Shown here: in pieces, positions 53,635 through 64,000 of the stretch | Numbering within the stretch: position 1 is the first letter of the stretch | Layout of the letters: the number at the start of each line of letters is the position of its first letter | Assembly (NCBI RefSeq): GCF_001194135.2 | Contig: NC_068981.1 | Span: 44,994,352 to 45,058,351 of the forward strand | Reading direction: 5' to 3' | Length of the DNA stretch: 64,000 bases | DNA from: Octopus bimaculoides | Taxonomy: Eukaryota | Position numbers and translations under genes: made by a program | Notes under the pieces: generated by a model | The model's input: only the letters and a program-made list of their open reading frames with translations | What the model was told of the DNA's origin: nothing | Databases searched by the model: none

Positions 53635-55189
53635 GCACACATAAGCACAAATAACTTCTATAAATGACAGTGTGACAAATACATTTCATAGACTTCACAA
53701 TTTTTTTAAAGATGTATCGATGTAAATATTCATATATTCAGTTTGACTCAATGCTGCAAGTTTTACTCCCTTTGTTTCATGAGTAAAGAGTGAAGCTAGA
53801 TTTAATCAAAACTTTAATATTAAGTGGGGACTATAATTCTGTGCGTTTATTGCATGTGTAACTGGGGCGGGGGAGTATGAAGTATATACCTGTATGTATG
53901 ACATACGTTAGGATATTCCAAAAGTAATCAGACCTAATTCTGAACTCACCGCTTTTTCTTTTTCATTTCAAGTATGTTCAATGAAATTTCTCACCATAGT
54001 TTTGAAAAAATGTCGATATCCATATTATTTAGAAAAGAGAGAGAAGAATGATAAAAAGAGTTATTAAATACAAAATTTTTATTCATTTTAAATAGCATTT
54101 ATATTTATGTTTCTGCAAGATTTTCGGAAAATATACATGAAAATATCATGATCAATGCTCCTGATATCTACACAAATTTGTAATATCCGATGTATCACAA
54201 ACTTATATTTATCCCAGTAAGACATATATATCAAAAACATTTTCTTTACAAAATAACGTTTCTTTGTGTATGTCGCCTGATACACGATTTAAAACATATT
54301 TACTTTATAAATACGAGAATAGATGAGTAGTCAAACATTTGAGAAAGTCAGACTGAAGCTACATAGAAACATTTCTTCGTGTATTTTCAGCTTTTCTCAC
54401 ATTTGGCATTGAGCCGAAAAGCGAAATTGTTATCATTACGGTACTAGCGGTACGTGTATTGTCTAATTGCACTTTTAATATCCGGTTTAACTTGCCATAA
54501 TATTCAAGAAAAGTTTTCATTGTCAACTCATTGTTATTGTATGCCTAGACTGCTATGAAATAAGAAAGATTGTGTTCGATGAAAAAGCATTTTAATGGGA
54601 AATCTTCTGTCGTTTTTACGCACCACATTTCAAGTTACACTAATAGAGAGGAGAGAATTAATTGCATAGTCTCGTATTTGTTTATTTCAAGAGTGAATAT
54701 TATGATTTAACACATTTGTATTTGAACATATTTTGGATGGTTTGACGGTATTGCCGATTTGGCAAACTTATATATTCATTGCAACGATAATACCATATGC
54801 ATTCGAAAATTAAGTTGTTTCACAGGACAAAAATAATAATTATACTATTTTTATTCAGTTTTTGATGGTTTGGTTGCTGTTCTATGTGTAAACTTGTATT
54901 ACAATTCAGGTTACAGAACTAAGGTTTTCCTAGAATACTTATAGTTTTGTGACGCTATACCTTTTGCTCACACAATATAATCACCGGATAAAATTAATGA
55001 TACTATTAATGAAGTAATAAGGTATTAACATTACATATCAGTCGTATTAGTAATGATTACAACAACAATAACAATAATGTTACTGATATCATTAGAAAAA
55101 AATGGCTATTATTTGACAAAGCCTAATATCTATTCCTGCCAGAATTTATGTGGGGGATAAGGTTGCCTCTTTTTGTCTTTCAAGTGCTT

Positions 55190-55780
55190 AAACTGTCCTG
55201 GTAATTTTTCGTGTCTCAAAGAGCTCTAGAGGACGTTCCGTCTCCTTCAATCATCTGTCTATATCTTTACATGCAGTTGCCAAGACACCAAAATAACAGG
55301 CACAACATTTAAAGTTTTCATACTCCAAATTCTTGCAAATTACAATTTTAAGGGATTATAGTTTTTTTTTTTAATTTTGAACTACTTTCTATACAATTCA
55401 AATATACTTCATTGATCGGTTCGTAAGCAACCTCTCTTTTCTTAGTTTCAATACGAAAATCACATAAAACTTTGCATTTCTCTGACTCCAGCACTCCTTC
55501 GAACCGATGATTATACCATCAATCTCTAGCTTCAAATCCCCATTTCTGATAACGCGTCCTGTGTCAAACGTTCATGCCTTCATTTCTCATATTTACCCTG
55601 GAACTATGGGACATTCTGTAACAATTCGTGCCACTGTCTCATTACAAATTCCACAGACTACATTTTTTGATATCACCCTATCCACATATTTCTTCAAGTT
55701 GTTTTTATCGAACGTTTGATCTTGAGGTGCCATAATAAAGTTCTGTCTTTATGGAAACATTGGTTTTTAGATTATTTAGA
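55190..55780 (-). mobile_element. Decayed R4-like C-terminal region (CCHC finger and RLE)
   Basis: KTE-FIMAPQDQ, VCGICNETVARIVTECP, KWGFEARD*WYNH, VLESEKCKVLCDFRIET and IARIWSMKTLNVVPVI. Confidence 0.7.
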
Positions 55781-55889
55781 ACTACTTCTGATATTTCAAT
55801 CAACGATTAATTTATCCGAATGTCACAAAAAAATTTATTACGCCAATTTCTCGGTGAGAGAGGACAAAGACACTTCGTCGCCTTGAGAA

Positions 55890-56370
55890 TTATAGGTTTG
55901 CCATATTAACTAAAGTGTTTGGGCTACTGAATGAACTTTGGGGATCTGCTAAAAATGTGTACGCACCACGTTACCGTTTGAGAAATTTTAATAAGAAACC
56001 TGAAGAAGATTGCAATGATTTAATTGCCAGAATACAACAAGCTTTTCCTGAGTGTGAGTACAATCTGACACCTCCAAAAATGTTTGAAAATGAAATGGCT
56101 TTGCAACGTCTTCTTACCGGTATTCATGATGAGACTGCCCGTCCTAAATTGCTTTCGGAAGACAAGTTAAAGCTTACTTCGGAAGGAGCCTGTGCTGTAG
56201 TTCTATACAAATAGAGGCACATGCTGTCAATCTGTTACGTCTACAAAAACTCGACCACCTAGTTTTACAGAAAAACAGTTTACTTGTTATCGTTGTGGAT
56301 TGAGTCCCAGCATCAGCAAACCGTTTATCATTTATGTGGTAAAACGGGACAACTTGCTATATATAGTTTG
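55890..56370 (+). mobile_element. Gypsy (Mag-like) gag fragment with two degenerate zinc knuckles
   Basis: ORF 55915-56214 (RYRLRNFNKKPEE..DLIARIQQ...CEY...LLTGIHDETARPKLLSEDKL), followed by TCYRCG and HLCGKTGQLA. Confidence 0.75.
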
Positions 56371-56429
56371 TCGTACAAAAAAAAAAAAAATAACATAGAG
56401 TTTCTTCTACACAAAACACATCCGCTGCG

Positions 56430-56885
56430 AACGATAAAAACAAACCTGGAAAATATGTCTATTGTTGCTGTCATTTAGCACCGTTCTGTCTATCAGAATT
56501 TGATCTTTTGTCCCTTGTAATTTGCTCCAGCAACTCTTTACGTTCTACTAGCCGTTTGTCTCCAAGACTTTATACACACAATTAAATAGTATTCCTGTCA
56601 TTAACTTCCACATCAGGTGCAGGCAGGAGATACGCCGGTAATTATCTACTGCATTACATTTAGTGGGATCTCCTTGGCAAAGGACTGTTTTAGATGTGGT
56701 TAGCTTCTATGGGATTTCCGCTCCGTTGTTAATATTTTATCAATTTGTGCAGATATTCTTTTTTGTAGTGCTGGAAAAGTTTTAAGCCAATACCATTGCG
56801 TCCCACCTGGTCATTTCCAGCTTTGGATCTTTGGTAACTGCTCGTTCACCGTTTCAGTTGTTATTCTTATATTGCTCAGTTTCAA
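56430..56885 (-). mobile_element. Decayed R4-like reverse transcriptase N-terminal part
   Basis: ITTETVNEQLPKIQSWK*PG, WLKTFPALQKRI, KTVLCQGDPTKCNAVDNYRRISCLHLMWKLMTGI and GTKDQILIDRTVLND. Confidence 0.8.
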
Positions 56886-56914
56886 TTCATGTTATTACTA
56901 TTAATACTTAGGGT

Positions 56915-57170
56915 ACAGGGTGAACTCTTTGTTGTGCATGGGTGCAATGTCGTTCTTCCATTTGAGGGCATCACTCCTAAAACGTGCCTCTTTAACCAAA
57001 ACACATCGACGCAACACCGTCTGCTGTGAGTTGCTCATAAAACGTCGACTAGGTTAGTAACTTGTCCTATCACATCATTCATTTTCACAAACCTTTTCGC
57101 TTGTAACAGGCCCTACATTTTTGTTTTGTAGTATTGAAATTTATTGTGCTAAGATGTTCACCATTTCAGA
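56915..57170 (+). mobile_element. Possible gypsy integrase (zinc-binding region) remnant
   Basis: QGELFVVHGCNVVLPF resembles ELSV..GC..RVVIP. The rest is heavily decayed. Confidence 0.3.
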
Positions 57171-60100
57171 AAGAGCCAGCCTGCACAGAAAGTTGCCTTC
57201 ACCACTTTCAGACTAGAATATACCGGTCGTAGATGATTTCACATCAATGATGTCTTTAAGCATATATTTTACAATATCAGAGGAATATTTGAAAAATCTT
57301 AACTTAATGTGCTCATATTATTGTGTCCTACCTCTATAACCTCTTATATAATCAAAAAGAATGCAAAATGATTATGAAATTCAAACATTGTCACCTCACA
57401 ACTGATATATAAAAGGTCAAAGAATAATAATAGTTAAGATGAACAGTTGCAATCGGTGGTTAAAGGGAACGCAGATATCCAAACGAATTGTTTCTGCTGC
57501 GCAAATGAAAAAAAATACCAAATCAAAATAAAAACAAAGTTTATAACTGTGTGTTTATGTTTGTATGCGTGTTTGCGTATGCGCGCGCGCGCGTGTGTAT
57601 GTGTGTGTATGTGTATGTGTGTATGTGTATGTGTTTCCTTCAGTCTCGTCTGCCATGGAAATAATTCCTCACATTGCACAATTTTTATAGTGATATATTT
57701 CTAAGCACGTAACTACGTTTTCAGGAATGAAACAAATACGGAGAATATGCCGAACAGAAAGATAACGATATTTTTTAAATCAAAATTCCAGGTTATCTGT
57801 ACTTCCAAAGAATAAGATTTACTGTCACAAGCAAATCTAATTGACTTACTTTGTGATTTGAATAAATCTAGGTGAGAAATTTGGGGCTCAGAATGAATGT
57901 AATTTTTTTCTCTGCAGCTGCAATGATGAATTCAAATAAAGTGTGTTATGGAGAAATGGTAATTCAGTCGTGTTGGTTCTTGGTCATGAAAATAATCTGC
58001 ATACCGAGTGCAAACTGATTGCTCCAAAGTCAGGTTGGAATTATTTGTTCACCATAACGGAGAGAAATTCATTGATGTCCTCATTACACATGCAGCATCA
58101 TGAATGAGTCATCCATGGTATCAAATTGCTTCTAGAATAAAGGTTCAATAATGAATATATAATGAAAATATGAATAGAGGAAAGGAAGTCGTTCAAAAAT
58201 AGCTAGTGCTGAAGAAGCGTTACACTAAGACATAAATTATCAAACAAAAGAGCAATTTCTGAGAGGGAGGACATGTTCGGGTGTCTATATTAGTAAATAT
58301 CATGGCAACGGAGAACAACACATGTGTTCCTGAAAATCAGATACAAATCCATTGTGACGTTCACTGTGCTCCCCACGACGACTCAACAATGGTTCCTGAA
58401 CGCCATAGATTCACCGGCCAGTTTCCTCTCAATAATCTCATTAGCATAGAATTGATGAAAGTTGAAGTCGTTTGAGGACACACGTTCATTGCCATGAAAA
58501 TTGTGTGCCTGCAATTAGATGCCTCAACACAACAGCAACAACTTGGGAAGCATAATCACCTAGCAGCAGATTAAAACGTTCGGCAGGTGTCCCTTCGGGA
58601 AAATGAGAAATGGCAGAGTATGACTCTTAGTACTCCCAACCCCAGGATAATTAACTGTAAAATGAACAGTATGTGTTCGCGTTTTGGCGCATTATCATAA
58701 TCAACTTGTTTGCCGTCAAAAGCACTTCACATCATCAAAATTTTCCTTGTCGGAGGAAAAGCAGAACATGGAGATTTATGTTCTGAATGCATTAGATTTT
58801 TCAGCATAAGCTTACGCGGGATAAAACAGTTTTGACGTGTCTTCTAAATATTTGATCGTCACATGACCAAAATAAATATTGTAACAATATTGCAATTTGC
58901 TTATTCTAATAGGTGGTGCTAGGTGATAGATTCATAGACTCGTTAAGGTTTTGGTGAATATATCGTGTACCATGAGTATTACGACGGTACCTGACTCATA
59001 TGAAATTTTCGTTTTCTATGCTATGGAAGATACATCCACGCGAATTGTACCGACTCCTTTTCAAGCAAACACACTCGGGTATACAAAAACTAAATTTCTT
59101 CAAAGCTTAATGTTGTGACTTGCAGCAAGAATTGTCATTTCAAATTAAATGATAAAAATAACTTATTTTGCATGTATGGGGTATGTTTGTAACAAGATCA
59201 GAGAAATCAAAGTGACTCTTGCTGCGATCAGCAATGGACCAATATTTGTCAACGTTTGTATAAGATACATCCTTGAAACAAAATTTTGTAAATTTTGATA
59301 GCAGTAGAGTTTCCTTTGTATTATTACTAACCGAACAACGTTATTGAATTTAAAGTAGAACTTCTTAGATCCTAATTTTTGAAAAGACTCTATGCAAATT
59401 GAAGTGTGATACTTTCAGGCATATCATATATTAATTAACAAAGTCTCTCCAATTATAAGGGCATTAATTGTTTGTTGATAATGAACGCAACAGAAATAGT
59501 AACGCATCTAGTCCGCCTCCATTAGCATCAAATATAGACAAAAACGTACATATGCAAACCAGTACGGATTTCGAATTCTTCCTTAACCAGGAATACAAGA
59601 AATTCATCAGGGTATTGCTTAATAGAAAATTAATATTCAAAGATCGACACTGTCGTAAGTTTTAAAAAATCTACTCCCTGAGGGTGAATTTACTGGGCTG
59701 CCACACAGAGAATAACCAAATTGCCAAAAAGAATTTGCACTGAACTTTTACTAAGGTAAAATCGATTATTGTGCAACAGTATGGTCACGTTGCATAAACC
59801 AATAGATTACGATCTAGGTAAAGGAAATGATGAGAATCTATAAGGTTTCGTTGAATCAACAATTATTTCTGAATAAAATAATGGGTGCGATTGCTCAATC
59901 TCACCTCTTCTTAAAAGAGGTCAATGAAAGCCAGCACAAATTATAAACACAAATAGTGCTTTTACACACTTGAAGGGAATTTCTGGTTGAGCAACCTTCA
60001 ATTGAAGACTAAGTTTCAATTATTAAATGTATAAAAGCCAAAAAGGACGAGGTCAGGTTTTATGGACCACATGTGGATGGTAAAGAGCCATTTTGAATCG

Positions 60101-60236
60101 AATAGATAAAAGTATGCCACTGTTAGTCTACGGAAGCAAAATTATGGCTAATCGTTAATAAAAGGTACATGTATATCATGAATCCTTACCTTACCAAAAA
60201 AGCAGAAATAGTAAAGCCCCAACTCACTTAGATACT

Positions 60237-60640
60237 GGGGTATTAATATGGCTTCGGAGCTTCTAATGCTTACTGTGTTGAATGGTGTTACCCTGATGGG
60301 CAATGTGATCTCTCGGGTCTGACATTTTCGTTGATGATATCTCATGGAAGTGTCTGTCTGCATGTGAAGAAACACCTACGAAAATGCCAGACGCGAAAGT
60401 TCACAGTGCCCATCAAGGCAACACAGCGCAATGGAGGCAGCCTTGAAACTCCGATGCCATATTAATACACCAACAGAAGACGACTATCAGCAACAAAAGA
60501 GAATTACATAAAGCTAGCTGGTTTCTGTAACAACAACCCTCTTCGCATGTCTACTCCCCGCACACTCACATACATGTACATCAACAAAATTCGCTCATTC
60601 CTGAAGAGGGGGTCGTAATCCTGAAGATCAAAATAGGCCT
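60237..60640 (+). mobile_element. Penelope-like GIY-YIG 3' end with inverted partial copy and degenerate hammerhead
   Basis: HLRKCQTRKFTVPI...DAILIHQQKTTISNKRELHKASWFL* on plus, with an inverted homologue at 60237-60346. CTGAAGA-GGGG..TCCT-GAAG at 60601-60626. Confidence 0.7.
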
Positions 60641-61039
60641 TAATAGGAAACTAGAATAGAACAGTAGCACACACCCCCAACATACCACAATCAATGACAG
60701 AATAAGGTCCCCATAAACTGATAATGGTATGAAAATAATACAATGAACAGATAAGTAAATGGAATTAAATAACTACATAGATTAACAAAATAAATTTAAT
60801 TTAATTTAATTAATACAAAAAATAGAAAGAATAGAAAAAGTAAGTAGATATAAACAAGTGAATCAAATAAATAAAAGTAAATTAAACGAACGTCTATAAA
60901 CAGGGGATACTGATAATGCAGGCACATCCCCCCACCCACACACGCACTTATTGAACATAGACACACACAATGATATACGCATGCGGAAAGAAATACACAT
61001 ACAATAGGAATGCAAAAAAGGAAAGAGGAAAGCGAAATA

Positions 61040-61079
61040 CCACTGATGAGGTCACAGAAGTGTGACGAAAGAACTCTGG
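61040..61079 (+). ncRNA. Minimal type-I hammerhead ribozyme motif
   Basis: CCA-CTGATGA-G-GTCAC-AGAAGT-GTGAC-GAAA-GAACTC-TGG: 3-bp stem I, perfect 5-bp stem II and near-palindromic stem III. Confidence 0.7.
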
Positions 61080-61329
61080 CCAAAATACAATAAATACAAA
61101 ATAAAGCTGAATCAAGTGAACACCAAATATATAGTGCGTGTGTTTTTATTAAATAAACTGGCAACATGATCGTTCCCAAATACAAATATATANNNNNNNN
61201 NNNNNNNNNNNNNNNNNNNNNNNNNNNNNNNNNNNNNNNNNNNNNNNNNNNNNNNNNNNNNNNNNNNNNNNNNNNNNNNNNNNNNNNNNNNNNNNNNNNN
61301 NNNNNNNNNNNNNNNNNNNNNNNNNNNNA

Positions 61330-62030
61330 TATACGGGCAACTCCACGAACACGACCGCAGTACCACCGGGTGCCCCTGCCTACCTACCAATAGCGTCATT
61401 TTTCACGTATAGGTACCTTGCCTCAGCTGCGATCCTAAAGGCGATATCTAAATTAACTAAAGAAATGCAGCTCCTTCGCGTTTCCAAGCCCCGTTCATCT
61501 CGCCGTCGCTTGCCGTCTGCCTATTCGTCTATATGCTGGTACCATGCCAAGTTTGGAGCTTCAGTACGTAAATGTACTTAACTCTGTGTACTTTCTCTCC
61601 ACAGTTAAAAGGCCATCCAAAGAATCGAGCGCAGCATGTTCTCTGCAGCGGCCATCGTCCAACCGTGCTTCTTTCATCACAGACCGGACACCTCACGCCA
61701 GCTGCCTTGTAGATACAGGTGCGGCCTACAGTATTTGGGCGTTAAAAGTCCTCGCACAAAAACCTCCGTTATCACCAGTTAATCTCCAGGCGGTGAACCA
61801 TTCGCCAATTCCATCTTTCGACCAGATATCTCGTTCTTTGGATTTAGATCTGCGATGTGACTTCAATTAGAATTTTACAGTCGCAGATCTTCCTTACCCG
61901 ATATTAGGTGCATATTTTTGGCCACTTCCACATGCTCGTGGACATGAGCATTCAGCGCTTTTGAGACGCGACTATAGAACTTTCAATCCCGGGTAAAAAG
62001 GCCACTAACACCTGCGTTTAGTGTAGTTTT
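61330..62030 (+). mobile_element. Gypsy LTR retrotransposon (CsRn1-like) gag C-terminus and protease, decayed
   Basis: C-x2-H-x9-C-x3-C motif CWYHAKFGASVRKCT*LC at 61534, then CLVDTGAAYS, LQAVNHSPI, SLDLDLR and VADLPYPILGA. Confidence 0.85.
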
Positions 62031-62292
62031 TTAATTGCTGACACGGACGATCCATACCATGCACAGTTAAACTCATATCCAAAGCTGACTAACCGAAATA
62101 TTTTACTGCTGCTCCAACTCAGACCACTACCACCGCCACCACCACCACCACCAACGCCACACCCACCATAAAAAAATACAATTATCTGTAAACATTTTTC
62201 GAAATCTATACATTCTTACTGAAAGCATCTTCTAGCACATTAGCAGTCCCCCTAGTGGTCTCCCTTATATATATACATATATATATATATAA

Positions 62293-62379
<87 letters not shown>

Positions 62380-63961
62380 TACATGCATACATATGCGTGT
62401 TTGCATATAGAAGTCTTCAATGTGTGCGTCCATTTGCATGTGATAGAGAACGAAAGCTGTGCCTTATCAGTTTTGTGAAGCTCTTCGAGGTTCATGATCT
62501 ACCTTACAAGTTCACTGAGTATATAACGAGTTTTATTCACAACTAATTGAAATATGTTTTAAAGAAGTAAAAAAAAAATCATTGTAGCACGCTGCATTCT
62601 GCATGGTATATTGCGGTCAGGGAAAAATATCTTCAATCTTTTTTTGACACATATGACTGATTTGGAATTTTGCATTTTCAATGCTGGGGGAACTTTATAA
62701 TTGAATTATATATATATATATATTAATATAATTGAATGTGCCCCTTCGTAATGGATTATTTATTGGTATAAGTAATGTCATCAATTTGCATAGAAGTTCA
62801 TTCTTAGATGCAGTATAGTGTAGCTAGTACTGCACTAACATTTGCAATAAACATACTGAAACATATTTTAACGAAAGCATTATTTTTAAATTGTTTGTCG
62901 ATATTTTTGTGCATGTGTTCTTGTATGGAATATAGATTTTCATTATAGATACTTGAAATTCATAAAACGAAACTTCTAAAAAATTGATTGCTTGCAATCA
63001 GTTCAAGACCTATATTATTAAAGAGACTTCATGAATAAAGGCATGGGTGTATAATTAATTTTTAATCAACTAGAATTTATCAAAAAAGTTAATGCAACAC
63101 TAAATGAAGAAGGTACATTTAAACAAAAAAAAATAGTGCATTTTTCGAAGGCAATTACTAATATCAACGAGGACATTGAAGCATTTACTTTGTTGCCACT
63201 CATATTTGAGTGAGCTAGAGAATTATTTGTTAATTATGTGCCACTATTTACATTAGCTTACCAATATATTTGGCCAGGAATGTTCTGCAATCGCGACGTT
63301 TTTGATAGAATTTTGCACTGTTTGACTGTTTCGGCATACGAAAATGATCACTTGATTGTCAGCAATGATTCTTTATAATTTGGGCGTTATTTAACTTACA
63401 AATAAGATATTTCAGAACACTGATAAAACGAAGATATATTTCAGAAGACATTAAACTATACAACATTTTAATATTTAAATTCAATGTTTGGAATGAGCCG
63501 AAATATTTCATAGTCAAACTAATGGAATTCACTTTAGAATAATTTTCGTAAATTTCATATATAATTATGAGGAAATTTCTCTTACAACAATTCACTTTAT
63601 ATATGGATTAGTTTAATATCTCCCAAGACAGGTTGAGCCGCACATTCACAGTTTTATGATATTATTTATAGAACTCCGCATGTTGTAAAAATAATTTTCA
63701 GTTATTTATTTATTTCTATGGTGAATTTTAAACGCTGTAAGTTAGAAACGACATTTACTTTCAATTTTTATCGTTCTGTCTGATAAAATATAAATCTGCG
63801 CGCTATAAATTTTATTAACTGAGCCACTGAAAATACACGCAGAGTCCTGCAACGATTAAATTTTAATAGTTTTTTTCCGTTATATCTACTATCAGCAGTA
63901 AAATTAAGTTAATACACACACACAAACGCAAATATATAATATTTAATACACAGATATATAC

Positions 63962-64000
<39 letters not shown>

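Noticed and set aside
57918-57958. 41-nt candidate exon between ttttttctctgcag and ATG|gtaatt
   Set aside because: The splice signals are good, but it is isolated and too short to support without transcript data.

Overview
AT-rich, microsatellite-saturated eukaryotic scaffold with 13 N-gaps, most of them next to simple repeats. It is very likely an octopus genome: I recognise the SINE families from memory, not from a database search. I could not identify any host protein-coding gene, and nearly all ORFs in the supplied track are microsatellite or gap artefacts. The window is mostly decayed mobile elements. These include at least three tRNA-derived SINE types and R4/Dong-like RLE non-LTR retrotransposon fragments from at least three lineages. 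There are also an RTE reverse-transcriptase fragment, a probable L1/Tx1-type ORF1, Mag-like and CsRn1-like gypsy fragments, a mariner, a DD37D-like mariner, a Tc1 with both TIRs, a MITE and several Penelope-like remnants. The strongest signals beyond routine annotation are: (i) hammerhead-ribozyme motifs in unrelated Penelope-like contexts, one with a ~48-nt insert in stem II, one near-canonical, and a pair in a 533-nt direct-repeat unit; (ii) a LINE 5' end fused to a SINE head cut after about 25-30 nt, suggesting possible SINE-targeted insertion; (iii) an R4-like RLE domain flanked by strand-flipped (TTA)n/(TAA)n palindromes; (iv) a filled/empty-site pair of a local duplication. None is demonstrated to be a new system. 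All are testable.
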